Origin: an uncultured Candidatus Rokubacteria bacterium
GTDB taxonomy: Bacteria; Methylomirabilota; Methylomirabilia; Rokubacteriales; DASRDR01
Direction of reading: 5' to 3'
Assembly (NCBI GenBank): GCA_963805625.1
Contig: CAWDVE010000010.1
Span: 2,048,001-2,112,000, forward strand
DNA length: 64,000 bases
The notes below the pieces were generated by a model. The model worked only from the letters and a program-made list of their open reading frames with translations. It searched no databases and was not told where the DNA came from. Position numbers and translations under genes: made by a program. Below, piece after piece: positions 9,236-19,902 of this stretch. The first letter of the stretch is position 1; the number at the start of each line of letters is the position of its first letter.

Positions 9236-10181
9236 TCAGTGGTAGCGGATCCGGGGATCCAGCCACGCATAGGTGAGATCGACGAGGAGATTCACGACGA
9301 GAAAGTTGACCGCCAACAACAGGACCACACCTTGCACGATCGGGAAATCGCGCTGGAAGATCGCATCGACGAGAAGCCGTCCGACACCCGGAAGCGCGAA
9401 GATCGTCTCGGTGATGACCGCACCGCCCAGGAGGGCCCCCGCTTGGAGGCCGACGACCGTCACCACCGGGATGAGCGCGTTCCGCAGGGCATGTCCTCAG
9501 CACGATCCGGCGCTCGGGGAGTCCTTTCGCCCGGGCCGTGCGGACGTACTCGAGCTCGAGAACCTCGAGCAGGCTCGCCCGGGTCATCCGCATCAGAACG
9601 GCGGCGATCGCCACCCCCAACGTGACGGACGGCAGCACGAGCGACCGGACCCAGGCTCCGAGATCGCGGCTAGGGCTCACCCAGCCGAGCGGTGGCAGCC
9701 ACCCCAGGGTCAGCGAGAAGACCAGGATCAACAGCACCGCCAACCAGAAGCTCGGCAGGGAGACACCGGAGATGGCCACCAACGTGGCCGTCACGTCCAC
9801 CACCGAGTTGCGGCGGAGCGCAGCCAGGATTCCGGCGGGAAGGCCGATCGCGAGCGCTACGAGCAGCGCGGCCATGGCCAGGCTCAACGTCACGGGTGCT
9901 CGCTGGCGAATCGCGTCCATGACCGGCTGGTTCGTGCGGATGGACCGTCCGAGCTCGCCCTGGACCGCGCGCCCGAGCCACGTCAAGTATTGCAGTGGAA
10001 GGGGCTGATCGAGGCCAAGCTGGTGCCGGAGCGTCGCCACCGTGGCCGGGTCCGCCTCCTCGCGGAGCATGATACGGACTGGGTCCCCAGGCGTGAGGTG
10101 GATCAGGGAGAACACAACGACGCTCACGACCCCGAGGATCGGCACGACCGCACCGGCACGGCGGAGCAGGTAGCCGAGCAC
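9236..10181 (-). CDS. ABC permease (DppB-like) with +1 frameshift near 9494
   Basis: Removing one base restores 'TARAKGL.ERRIVLR-HALRNA' and joins ORFs 9153..10181 and 9236..9466 into 314 aa. Confidence 0.88.
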
Positions 10182-10311
10182 GCGACCGCCTCAGCGCGGC
10201 CGGCCCGCGCGGTCGATGGCCACGGCCCGAGGATGGCGGAGACGTCGGGGCGTGAGCGTCCCGGCGGCCGGCGTGCCGCTGATCACACGGACGGACGACG
10301 CCGCGGGTCCC

Positions 10312-11844
10312 TCACCGACCGAGCCAAACCCGCTCCAAACGCATGCGTCCGTCGGGGATCTCGGCGTATCCCTGGACCCTGGCCTCCCACGCCTTGGTCC
10401 ATGCGTCGTGGTGCAGAAAGATAACCGGGACCTCGTCGATGACGATTCGGAGAGCCTCCCCGTAGAGGCGTTTCCGCTCGCTCTGCTGACTCGCCGAGCG
10501 CGCGCCCCGGAGGAGCTCGTCAAGCCGGGGGTTCGAGAACTTGCCCCAGTTGTTGGTCCCCCCGGTGATCAGGTGCGCATACATGTTGCCGTCCGGATCG
10601 GCACGGCCACTCCACAGCCCCTCGGCCCCATCGAACTGAGTCGCTCTCCGTTTCTCGTCGAAGGCCCCGACCTCGAGCAGGGCGATCTCCATGTCGACAC
10701 CCATTTTCTTCAGGTTGTCCTGGATGATCTCCGCCTGCTTCTGGGCCACGGGGGTGTTCACGATATTCAGCACGAACCGGAAGCCGTTCGGTTGGCCACC
10801 CTCGGCGAGCTTCTCCTTCGCCTTCGCGAGGTCGGGCGTCCCACCGTAGCCAGCGAGGGGTTCGTAGGCCCAGCTCCGAGGCGGGATCGGACCCTGAGCA
10901 AGCGCCCCCGTGCCGAAGAACACGGCTCGCTGGATGGCCTCACGGTTGATGGCCCAGGCCACCGCTTGCCGGATGGCCTTGTTGTTGAAGGGTGGTCGTG
11001 TATGGTTCAGCTCGATGCGCCGGTAACCGAGCCCGGGTGTCTCGATCACGCGAAGCTTGGGGTTCGCCTTGGTGCCGGCCAGGTCCTTCGGGGGAAGCTC
11101 GTCGATCAGGTCTAGAGTGCTGGTCCGGAGCGCGGTCAGCTTGACCGTATGGTCGGGGATCGGCTTGTAGACGATCTCGTCGAGATAGGGCAGCCCGGTC
11201 TTCCAGTATCCGGCGACCCGCCGGACCGTGAGGTGGTCATCCTTGACCCACTCGACGAACTGAAACGGGCCAGTGCCCACGGGATTGCGAGCGAAGTCCT
11301 TGCCGAACTTCTCGACGGCTGCCCGCGAGACCATCATCCCGGCGCGATCGGCCAGGGTCGCGAGCAGCGCCGCATCGGGCTGCTTGAGGTTGACCCGGAT
11401 CATGTGAGGGTCGGTGACGTCCACGGACTTGACATTCCCGAGCTCGCTCCGGCGGATCGATCCCGTGGCGGGATCGAGCATCCGCTCGAAGTTCCACTTC
11501 ACGACGTCCGCGGTCAAGTCGGTCCCGTCGTGGAACTTCACGCCTCGCCGAAGGCGAAAGATGTACGTGAGCGGGTCCGGCTGCTCCCAGGACTCGGCAA
11601 GCTCGGGGACGATCTTGAGATTCGCATCCAACCCGACAAGGGGGGTATAGAGCTGGTAGTAGAGGTCCCGGTCCTCTGCAGACGTGGACATGTGGGGGTC
11701 CAAAGTCGTGAAGTCAGCCTGGAGTCCGACCCGGAGGGTCCCACCGCGCTGCGGCTCCTGGCCCGTGGCGGGCATGCCCAGCGCCAGAGTGGCCCCGGCG
11801 ATCGTCGCGACCAGGAGGCCTCGCCAACTCCGTCGTCCACCCAT
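10312..11844 (-). CDS. ABC transporter family-5 substrate-binding protein
   Basis: Signal peptide, 'PELAESW', 'GVKFHDGT', 'NPVGTGPF'; SD AAGGAG before ATG 11844. Confidence 0.93.
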   Translation of the reverse strand: MGGRRSWRGLLVATIAGATLALGMPATGQEPQRGGTLRVGLQADFTTLDPHMSTSAEDRDLYYQLYTPLVGLDANLKIVPELAESWEQPDPLTYIFRLRRGVKFHDGTDLTADVVKWNFERMLDPATGSIRRSELGNVKSVDVTDPHMIRVNLKQPDAALLATLADRAGMMVSRAAVEKFGKDFARNPVGTGPFQFVEWVKDDHLTVRRVAGYWKTGLPYLDEIVYKPIPDHTVKLTALRTSTLDLIDELPPKDLAGTKANPKLRVIETPGLGYRRIELNHTRPPFNNKAIRQAVAWAINREAIQRAVFFGTGALAQGPIPPRSWAYEPLAGYGGTPDLAKAKEKLAEGGQPNGFRFVLNIVNTPVAQKQAEIIQDNLKKMGVDMEIALLEVGAFDEKRRATQFDGAEGLWSGRADPDGNMYAHLITGGTNNWGKFSNPRLDELLRGARSASQQSERKRLYGEALRIVIDEVPVIFLHHDAWTKAWEARVQGYAEIPDGRMRLERVWLGR

Positions 11845-12438
11845 GATGTGCTCCTTTCTACACGGCTCTACACGGCATGCTTGGGGATCGGACTCTCGGC
11901 GACCTCCATACCAAGAGCAGTCGCCTCGGCTGGCCGAACCTGTCCCGGCCGTCCATCCCAATGGTCGCTTGGAGAGTCATCTCTGGGCTGTCCGTACGTC
12001 AACGGCTCGCGCTCGCCCTCCGCTGCCGTGAACGCGACGTCATCCAGGGCGCCCGCGTCGAAGCGGTTCGGGCCCGGGCGCGACTCGACCACACTCGGTG
12101 CCCCCCTCCCTTGCTCCACGGGGTCTCCCTGTCCCGGCGAGGCGGTCGGCACCCTTCCGGGCCACCCGCGCGGGCACCTGTACCACGTCGTCCGCAAGAA
12201 CGTCAACATCGGTTCCCCTCGAAGACTCACCCGAGATCGCGTCACGTGTTCGGATCCGAGCCTGGCGGCCCCGCAATTGCCCGAGTCGACGGCCAGCACC
12301 GCTGCCAGTATGGGCAGATGCTATCCTGTGGTCCGTCGGCTGGCCGGCCCTCGACGGGTGCGCCATGCCGTCGCGAAAACTCACTTTCCGACCGGGGGAC
12401 CCGGGGACCCGAGGCGTCGCCCTACCTGAGAGCAAGCC

Positions 12439-13563
12439 ATGGACCTCCGCGCGATCCAACAGGAGTTCCCCATCCGGGCCCATCGTGTCTACTTGAACAA
12501 CGCCGCGATCGCTCCGGCCTCGACACCGGTGATCACCGCGATGAACCGGTTCCTCGCCGACATCCGCGATCACGGCGATGGCCATTATCTCGACTGGTGC
12601 CGGCACACCGACGACGTCATCAAGCGGAAGATCGCTGCCCTCATCGGGGCCGACCGCTCGGAGATCGCGTTCGTCAAGAACACGACCGAGGGCGTGCTCC
12701 TCGTCGCCAACGGTTTGGACTGGGCGCCCGGCGACAACGTCATTGTCCCCGACATCGAGTATCCGTCGAACGTCTACTGCTGGATGAATCTCCGCCGGCA
12801 GGGGGTCGGAATCAAGTGGATCAAGAGCCGCGAAGGCCGGGTCCTCGTGGAGGACATTGCGCCACTAATTGATGAGCGCACGCGTCTGGTCACGCTGAGT
12901 GCCGTGCAGTTCTCCAATGGCTTCCGGCAGGACCTCATGCGGACGGCCGAGCTCTGCCAGAGCCGGAACGTCCTCCTCAATCTCGACGCGATCCAGCACA
13001 TCGGGGCGCTTCACTTCGACGCGAGCCGGTGTCCCGTGGATTTCCTCTCGGCAGGGGGACATAAGTGGCTGCTTGGTCCGATCGGCACGGGATTCTTCTT
13101 CTGCCGACGCTCGGCTCTCGATCGGCTCCGTCCAGCCAACGTCGGGTATCACAGCGTTGCCAAGGACGCCGACCACCTCGACTACGACCTCGCGTTTCGC
13201 CCGGACGCGGGCCGCTTCGAGGAGGCGCTTGTCAACTTCCCGGGTCTCTGGGGACTCGAAGCGGCGGTCGACCTGGTCCTCGCTCTCGGTACCCGTCGCA
13301 TCGAGCAGCACGTCCTCGACCTCACGTCGCGCCTGATCGACGGCCTCCTCGAGCGAGGGTACCTCGTCCTGAGCTCCGGGCACGCCGACGAGCGATCCGG
13401 CATCGTCACGTTCCGGCATCCGACCCGGAACGCGGACGAGCTGCACGCGCACCTTCAGGCCGCCCGCATCGACGTCGCCCTGTGCCTCGGCGCCCTCCGA
13501 GCCTCGCCCGGAGCCTACAACGACGAGGCCGACGTCCAGGCTCTGCTCGAGACGCTGCCCTGA
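12439..13563 (+). CDS. Class V PLP-dependent aminotransferase (cysteine desulfurase/C-S lyase-like)
   Basis: 'YLNNAAIAP', 'DAIQHIG', PLP lysine in 'GGHKWLLGP'. Confidence 0.9.
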   Translation: MDLRAIQQEFPIRAHRVYLNNAAIAPASTPVITAMNRFLADIRDHGDGHYLDWCRHTDDVIKRKIAALIGADRSEIAFVKNTTEGVLLVANGLDWAPGDNVIVPDIEYPSNVYCWMNLRRQGVGIKWIKSREGRVLVEDIAPLIDERTRLVTLSAVQFSNGFRQDLMRTAELCQSRNVLLNLDAIQHIGALHFDASRCPVDFLSAGGHKWLLGPIGTGFFFCRRSALDRLRPANVGYHSVAKDADHLDYDLAFRPDAGRFEEALVNFPGLWGLEAAVDLVLALGTRRIEQHVLDLTSRLIDGLLERGYLVLSSGHADERSGIVTFRHPTRNADELHAHLQAARIDVALCLGALRASPGAYNDEADVQALLETLP

Positions 13564-13839
13564 TCATCTCATGGTGCGGGCTGACTAGGTGTGACCCCGC
13601 CGCCGCCCACGGTGGCCCGGCTCACGCCCACCCACGGGGCGATCTGGGCGCCTAGAAACGTTCCCGCACCGGGTCTTCGAGTCGCTCGAGCCGCCAACGG
13701 TGATCCTCAAAGATGAGCCTCCCGATGGTCTCAAGGCGGTCCCCGATAGCATCCGGGCGCCTGTCGACATCGTCCGCTCGACCGAGCCCCCCGCTTGCGC
13801 GGTGACGCCCGGCGCCGCCCCTTCTGTGTGGCAGTCTGG

Positions 13840-14460
13840 TCACGGGAAGAAGTAACTGATACCGACCACCACGGCGCTCGAATTGATCCCGATGTTCGGG
13901 GAGCACCGGGCGCCGTTCGAGATGTGCTGATAACGATAGGCGGCGGTCAACGCCGTCCGGTCCGAGACGAACAGCATCGCGCCGGCGCCGGCCTGCACCA
14001 GGAAGTTCACGTCGCAGGTCGACCGGCTCCGGTCGATTTCTCCGCTCAGCACGCCCAGCCCCGCTTCCAGGTATGGTCGCACCAGCGGCCCGGTTGCGAA
14101 GATCCACCTGACCAGGGCGCTCAGGCCCGCGACCGTGGTGGAATTGCGGGCGTCCTGGCGCAAGACAGCCGGTTCGGCCAGCAGCTCGAAGTTGCCGCGC
14201 GGCCACCCCGAACCGTGCTCGTCCGTCACGACGTAGCCGAGGTGCGGGAGAAACTGGAGCGTCTCCACGCTCTCGAGACCGTTCGCGGGGCCCACTTGGT
14301 GGCTGACTGAGTATCCGCCGGCCAGCGTGACGTCCCACATGCCTGCCCGCAGCGGCTGCTGCGCTAGGCCGTCCCCAGGCGCGGTCAAGAATGCCACCCC
14401 CGCTACCGCACCCACGAACCTACCCCGCCGGGCGCCCGCTTCTCGCCGTGCTCGCGCCAT
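13840..14460 (-). CDS. Outer-membrane beta-barrel, acyloxyacyl hydrolase/PagL-like
   Basis: Signal peptide, alternating beta strands, 'YRYQHISNG' His-x-Ser motif, aromatic C-terminus. Confidence 0.75.
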   Translation of the reverse strand: MARARREAGARRGRFVGAVAGVAFLTAPGDGLAQQPLRAGMWDVTLAGGYSVSHQVGPANGLESVETLQFLPHLGYVVTDEHGSGWPRGNFELLAEPAVLRQDARNSTTVAGLSALVRWIFATGPLVRPYLEAGLGVLSGEIDRSRSTCDVNFLVQAGAGAMLFVSDRTALTAAYRYQHISNGARCSPNIGINSSAVVVGISYFFP

Positions 14461-14585
14461 TGCCCAGTTCGAACCGCATCTCATCAGGGAGCGCAGCGTC
14501 AGTGGATCGCGCCCCGCGACGCCGCCTGACCCCCGGTCAACGCAACGACACCAGAGTCCCTGACTCAGTCTGTTCGAGTCTACGT

Positions 14586-15065
14586 CTAGGAAGGCTCCCG
14601 AAACTTGGTGATCGCGCTGTCCAACGCTGCCTTGAGCTCGCCCCAGGCTTTCTCCGCGCCCGTCTTCAACTCGCCGAGCGCGGCCCGGGCAGGCTCCCGC
14701 TTCGCCCGCCATTCCTTCGTCAGGCGCTTGGCCTCCTTCTCGGCCTGCTCCGCTCGATCGCGCAGATCCCCGATGAGGGGACGGAGCTCTCGCAACTGAG
14801 TCTGGATCGCGCCGTGAAGTCGCTCGACAAGAATCTTCACGGTTGTCTCGCCGCTCTCGGCCTTTGCTTGCGAGCTTTCCAGGGCCTTGCTCCACGCCTT
14901 GAGCTTGGCCTCGATCTCTCCGCGGAGCTCGTCGATCTGCTCGTAGTACCCTCTCCGGGCCTCCGCCACAGCCTTGTCTGCCTTGGCCTTCAGGCTCTCC
15001 AGTTCGGTAGCCCATTCCCGGAGCTGGGCCTCGATTTTCGCTTCCAGCGGCTCGCCCTTGCTCAT
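14586..15065 (-). CDS. Small coiled-coil protein (two internal repeats)
   Basis: 'KIEAQLREWATELESLKAKA' and 'EIEAKLKAWSKALESSQAKA'; ends 'ELKTGAEKAWGELKAALDSA'; SD GGAGG. Confidence 0.8.
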   Translation of the reverse strand: MSKGEPLEAKIEAQLREWATELESLKAKADKAVAEARRGYYEQIDELRGEIEAKLKAWSKALESSQAKAESGETTVKILVERLHGAIQTQLRELRPLIGDLRDRAEQAEKEAKRLTKEWRAKREPARAALGELKTGAEKAWGELKAALDSAITKFREPS

Positions 15066-15506
15066 CGTGACCTCCCTTGTACGAACGCCTTCATCGATCA
15101 GATTGTATGACCAGCAAGTTTGCCGCAAGTTTGTCCAAAGACCGGCCGGCTCAAGCGCTTGATCGCTCTCTTCCAGAGCACGTGCCCTGCGCACCTTGAT
15201 CCTTGACCCTTGCGTCAGCCGAAGCCGCTGGCCGTCGTCCCCGACCGACCAGGCCGTCGTGCGTGAAGCATGGACGCGGCCTCGGTCGGGGAACCAGCCA
15301 GGTACTCGACACCGGTGACGACGCGGACGGCGCGTACCCCGCAGGGCCCCTTGACGGCTCCGCGCGCGTGTCGTCTCATCGGGGCGTCCGACACGCGATG
15401 ACGACCGCCCTTCACGCCGCCCCGTTCCGGTGCCGTCCGACCGCGTGACCGCGCCCCGGCCGGGAAGCTTCCCCTCCCCGATGAGCGCGAGCCGCGAGGA
15501 GCCGCC

Positions 15507-16859
15507 GTGAGGCCTGTCGAGCGCGTGGTCGACCTGAGCGTGCCGATCCACGAGGGCATGCCGGTCGACGACCTCGGACCGAAATTCTGGGTGCGGCTCT
15601 CGCACGCGGCCTCCCGGCCCCTCTACCAGTACACGCAATCGCGTGAGGGGCGCGTCTTCCTGACCACGGACCACGTCGGAACGCATCTCGACGGGCCGCT
15701 GCGCTTCGACCCGAAGGGCGCGTCCGTCGAGCAGCTCCCGCTCGACCGCGTGATTCGCCCGGCGCGCCTCCTCGACCTGCGCGGCGCCGCGTGCGGCCAG
15801 GCCATCGGCGCCGCCGAGCTGGAACACGCCGGCGCCGACCTCCAGGCGGGCGACGCCGCCGTCCTGTGGACCGGCCACGACTTGCACCTCGAGAGCCCCG
15901 ACTACTTCTGGCATCGGCCGTGGCTCGGGATGGACGGGGCCGGGTGGCTGGTCCGCCACCGCGCGGGCATCGTCGCCGCCGACTTTCCCGGACTCGGGCC
16001 GCCGCGCGACGACCGGTACGAAGTGAAGCGGGCGCTCCACCGGGGGGGCGCGCTGACCGTCGAGCAGCTCACCGGCCTGGCGGCGCTGGCCGGGGTGCAG
16101 TGGCACCTCGCTGCGTGTCCCCTGCGGATCCGCGGTACGCCCGGCTCGCTGGTCCGCGCCGCGGCGCTGGTTGGCTTCACCGCGCGAGAGGTCGTGGACC
16201 TGAGCCTCGACATCTATCCCGGGATGACGGCGCTGGGCGGTGCTGTGCCCACCTACTGGTCGCGGGCCAGCCACGAGCTGACGGCGTTCTTCTACAGGAA
16301 CGAGCTGTCGTACCAGACGACGTCGATGCTGCTGAGCGAGCACGCGGGCACGCACATCGACTCCCCGTATCACTTCGACCCGGACGGGGCCGCCATCGAG
16401 GCGATGACGCTCGACGCGCTCTTCGCGCGGGCGCGGATGCTCGACCTCACGGCGAAGCGGCCGCTCGAGGGCATCGGCCCCGACGACCTCGACGCGGCCC
16501 TCGGCCGGCTCGGGGAGCCCCTTGACCCCGGTGACGCCGCTGTGGTCTGGACCGACCACTCGCGGAACTACGAGCGGCCCGACTACACGCACCACCGTCC
16601 CTTCATCACGGCCGAGGGCGCGGCCTGGCTGGCAGCCCACCGGCCGGGGCTCGTGGCGACGGATCTGGTCGGGCTGGACGAGCCGGTCGACCACGTCACG
16701 CCGGTGCACAACTGCCTGCTCCGCGCGGGGATTCCCCAGCTCCAGGTCCTGACCAACCTCGGTCGCCTGGCGGGCCGCGAGGCCTACGTGGCCGCGTTCC
16801 CGCTCAAGCTCGTCGGCGGGACCGGCTCGCCACTCCGGGCCTTCGCTGTGCTCGCGTAG
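15507..16859 (+). CDS. Tandem two-domain cyclase/kynurenine formamidase (KynB-like) family hydrolase
   Basis: Two copies of 'DLS' ... 'HxGTHxDxP' ... 'G..GS.VRA/GGTGSPLRA'. Confidence 0.88.
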   Translation: MRPVERVVDLSVPIHEGMPVDDLGPKFWVRLSHAASRPLYQYTQSREGRVFLTTDHVGTHLDGPLRFDPKGASVEQLPLDRVIRPARLLDLRGAACGQAIGAAELEHAGADLQAGDAAVLWTGHDLHLESPDYFWHRPWLGMDGAGWLVRHRAGIVAADFPGLGPPRDDRYEVKRALHRGGALTVEQLTGLAALAGVQWHLAACPLRIRGTPGSLVRAAALVGFTAREVVDLSLDIYPGMTALGGAVPTYWSRASHELTAFFYRNELSYQTTSMLLSEHAGTHIDSPYHFDPDGAAIEAMTLDALFARARMLDLTAKRPLEGIGPDDLDAALGRLGEPLDPGDAAVVWTDHSRNYERPDYTHHRPFITAEGAAWLAAHRPGLVATDLVGLDEPVDHVTPVHNCLLRAGIPQLQVLTNLGRLAGREAYVAAFPLKLVGGTGSPLRAFAVLA

Positions 16860-16880
16860 GCGGAGGGGCCGAGGAGTCCG

Positions 16881-18068
16881 ATGACCCCGGTGACCGGCCA
16901 CATCGACGACCGCGAGACGATCGCCCTGCTCCAGCGTCTCCTGCGCCTGAACACCGAGAACCCGCCGGGCAACGAGGGACCCGCCGCGCGCCTCCTCGCC
17001 ACCTACCTCGAGCCTCTCGGATTCAAGACGGAGTACCACGAATCGGCGCCGGAACGCGGGAGCCTGGTCGCGCGGCTCCGTGGCACGGGCAGCGGGCGCA
17101 CGCTCGTGATGAACGGTCACCTGGACATCGGGCCGATCGGGACGGGCTGGACGAAGGATCCCCTCGGCGGCGAGATCGAGAACGGCAAGATCTACGGCCG
17201 GGGCGTGAGCGACATGAAGTCCGGCGTGGCCGCGATGGTCGCGGCGGCCCGCGCGGTCGTCCTGAGCCAGATCCCGCGGCGCGGCGACCTGATCCTCATG
17301 CCCACCGCCGACGAGAGCTCCGGCGGGCGCCTCGGCATGGGCCACCTCGTGAAGACGCTCCGGGACCTCCGGGCCGACATGGCCGTCGTCGGCGAGCCCA
17401 CGGTGGGCGACGTCTGCCTGGCCCATCGCGGCGCGGTGTGGGCGGAGATCATCGCGATCGGCAAGTCGGGGCAGGCCAGCCGGCCGGCGTCGGGGATCAA
17501 CGCCATCATGGCCATGGGCCGGGTCCTCCGGGCCCTGGAGACGGACCTCGCCCCGCGGCTCGCCAGCAAGACGCACCCGCTCCTCCCCACGCCGAACCTG
17601 AACGCGGGGCTCATCGACGGTGGCGTCAAGGCCAACGTCATCGCCGAGCGCTGCCGCGTGGTCGTCGACCGCCGCAGCCTGCCCGGCGAGCGCACCGAGG
17701 ACATCGTCGGCGAGATCCGTGAGTGCGCGGCGCGCGCGGTGGAGGGGACCGGGGCACGGGTCGAGGTCAACGTCGTCATGGCCAAGCCGGGGTCGGAGAT
17801 TCCCGCGGACGCCCCCGTGGTCGCCGAGTGCATCCGGGCGTTCGAGGCGGTCGTGGGCCGCCCCCCCGCGGTCCGCGCCAGCCCCGGGTACACAGACGCC
17901 CACTGGTTCAACCTCGACCTCGGCATCCCGGCGGTGGTCTTCGGCCCCTGGTACCTCCACCCGCCGGCCGGGAGCATCTCGGACATCCCCGACGAGCACA
18001 ACTACGTGGAGGACGTCCTGACCGGCACCCGGGTCTATGCGCAGCTCATCGCGAACGTCATCGGCTGA
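16881..18068 (+). CDS. M20 metallopeptidase (ArgE/DapE-like deacylase)
   Basis: 'NGHLD', 'GRGVSDMKSG', 'ADE', 'GEPT', 'DEH'. Confidence 0.9.
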   Translation: MTPVTGHIDDRETIALLQRLLRLNTENPPGNEGPAARLLATYLEPLGFKTEYHESAPERGSLVARLRGTGSGRTLVMNGHLDIGPIGTGWTKDPLGGEIENGKIYGRGVSDMKSGVAAMVAAARAVVLSQIPRRGDLILMPTADESSGGRLGMGHLVKTLRDLRADMAVVGEPTVGDVCLAHRGAVWAEIIAIGKSGQASRPASGINAIMAMGRVLRALETDLAPRLASKTHPLLPTPNLNAGLIDGGVKANVIAERCRVVVDRRSLPGERTEDIVGEIRECAARAVEGTGARVEVNVVMAKPGSEIPADAPVVAECIRAFEAVVGRPPAVRASPGYTDAHWFNLDLGIPAVVFGPWYLHPPAGSISDIPDEHNYVEDVLTGTRVYAQLIANVIG

Positions 18069-18116
18069 CGGGCGCGGCGCCGGCCCCGCCGGCCCGCCGC
18101 GCGAGGAGCGGTCCCC

Positions 18117-18995
18117 ATGCTGAGTCTCGACGGCGCGATCGACATCCACGTCCACTCGTCGCCGGAGGTCTTCGGCCGCATCGGAGACGCCATCGAGATC
18201 GCCCGCCGCTGCGAGGCGGCCGGGATGCGGGCGGTCGTGTTCAAGGCGCACCACGAGGGCACGACGACGCGGGCCTACCACGCGAACCGCGAGCTGCGCA
18301 ACCTCACCGCACTCGGCGGCCTGGTCCTCAACGACTTCGTCGGGGGTATCAACCCCGTGGCGGTGAAAGCCGCGCTCGACCAGGGCGCCAAGATCATCTG
18401 GGCGCCCACGATGCACTCAAAGCACCACGAGGAGACGTTCGGCGGCCGCGGCACGTACGGCATCAAGCGGCAGACGGACGAGGGCACGATCCAGCGCCCG
18501 GGCATCGAGGTCCTCGACGCGCGCGGCCAGCTGTCCCCCGCCCTAGTCCAGGTCCTGGAGCTGGTCCAGGAACGTGACGCAGTGTTCGCCACCGCCCACT
18601 TCTCCCCTGCCGAGATCGAGGCGGTGGTGACGAGCTACGCCTCGCGCATGAAGATCCTGATCAATCACCCGTTCTTCCTGCCGCGCACCATGCCCATGGA
18701 CTGGTACGTCCGCATGGCCGAGCGGGGCGCCCACCTCGAGCTCTGCGCCAACATCTGCCAGCCCATGGCCTTCCACCAGGGCGGCGGCATGCTCCTCCAG
18801 CAGGCGGTGGACCTGATCAATGCGGCCGGCGTCGGCCAGTGCGTGGTGGCAACGGACGCCGGCCAGCCCTACAGCCCGTGGCCCGACGAGGAGCTGCGCG
18901 CCTTCATGAACTGCCTCTACGATGTCGGACTGACCGAGACCGACATCCGGCAGGTGATGGTCGAGAACCCGGCCCGGCTGCTCGGGCTGGACTAG
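18117..18995 (+). CDS. TIM-barrel metallo-hydrolase (DUF6282/amidohydrolase-like)
   Basis: 'DIHVHSSP', 'KAHH', 'GGINP', 'TDAGQ', 'NPARLLG'. Confidence 0.8.
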   Translation: MLSLDGAIDIHVHSSPEVFGRIGDAIEIARRCEAAGMRAVVFKAHHEGTTTRAYHANRELRNLTALGGLVLNDFVGGINPVAVKAALDQGAKIIWAPTMHSKHHEETFGGRGTYGIKRQTDEGTIQRPGIEVLDARGQLSPALVQVLELVQERDAVFATAHFSPAEIEAVVTSYASRMKILINHPFFLPRTMPMDWYVRMAERGAHLELCANICQPMAFHQGGGMLLQQAVDLINAAGVGQCVVATDAGQPYSPWPDEELRAFMNCLYDVGLTETDIRQVMVENPARLLGLD

Positions 18996-18999
18996 CCGC

Positions 19000-19902
19000 A
19001 TGGCCAGCACTGGGACCGGCACCGGTCGGCGCGCCCGCACCGGGTACTGGTTCGTGGCCCCGGCCACGGCGGTCCTCCTGCTCGTCCTCGTGCTGCCGGT
19101 CGTCCACGTCTTCTACGAGTCCTTCGTGTGGACGACGTCGAGCCGGGCCCGCGTCGTCCCGAGCGCGCGGAACTACGTCGCCCTCGCCGAGGACGAGGTC
19201 GTCCGGACTGCGGTGACGAACACGGCCACCTTCACCCTGGTCAGCGTGCTCGGTCACCTGGCCATCGGCCTCGGGGTGGCGCTCCTCCTGAACCAGCAGA
19301 TCCGCGGGCGGGCCGTCTTTCGGAACCTGGCGCTCCTGCCCTGGATGCTGCCGCCGGCGGTGGTGGCGACCGGCTGGGCGTGGCTCTACCACAACCCCTT
19401 CGGGATGCTGAACCCCCTCCTGACCGGGCTCGGCGTCCTGTCGGCGCCCCGGGCCTGGCTCGCTTCCCCCGACACGGCGATGGGCGCGGTGATCGTCGCC
19501 AATCTGTGGCGGGGCTTCCCCTTCATCTCGCTCGTCCTCCTCGCCGGGCTCCAGGCCATCCCCAACGCGCTCTACGAGGCGGCCGGCGTGGACGGCGCGG
19601 GCCCGTGGGCCCGGTTCCGTCACGTGACGCTGCCGGGGCTCCGGCGCGTGATGCTGATCGCGCTCACGCTGGACGTGATCAACACGGTCAAGTACTTCGA
19701 CCTCATCTGGGTGATGACGGCCGGCGGGCCCGCCAACCGGACCGAGGTGCTCTCGACGCTGATCTACCGGCTGGCCTTCCAGTTCTTCCGGACCGGGCGG
19801 GCAGCGGCGCTGGCGATGGTGATGGTGGCGGCGCTCGCCGTCTTCAGCATCTTCTACGTGCGGCTGACGGTCCGGACGGCCGCCGAGACGGCGACGGGAT
19901 GA
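19000..19902 (+). CDS. Carbohydrate ABC permease (MalF-like)
   Basis: 'LQAIP..LYEAAGVDGA...FRHVTLP', 'MTAGGP'. Confidence 0.93.
   Translation: MASTGTGTGRRARTGYWFVAPATAVLLLVLVLPVVHVFYESFVWTTSSRARVVPSARNYVALAEDEVVRTAVTNTATFTLVSVLGHLAIGLGVALLLNQQIRGRAVFRNLALLPWMLPPAVVATGWAWLYHNPFGMLNPLLTGLGVLSAPRAWLASPDTAMGAVIVANLWRGFPFISLVLLAGLQAIPNALYEAAGVDGAGPWARFRHVTLPGLRRVMLIALTLDVINTVKYFDLIWVMTAGGPANRTEVLSTLIYRLAFQFFRTGRAAALAMVMVAALAVFSIFYVRLTVRTAAETATG

Noticed and set aside
11900-12430. Possible small gene or riboswitch in the divergent gap
   Set aside because: No recognisable protein motif or RNA consensus by eye; needs BLASTx and Infernal
13840-15015. 391-aa version of the beta-barrel ORF
   Set aside because: The 5' half is an off-frame overlap with the coiled-coil gene; signal peptide begins near 14460
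14586-18416. 1276-aa minus-strand ORF
   Set aside because: Antisense shadow of the cyclase, M20 and hydrolase genes in high-GC DNA; only its last 159 codons (14586..15065) look like a real gene
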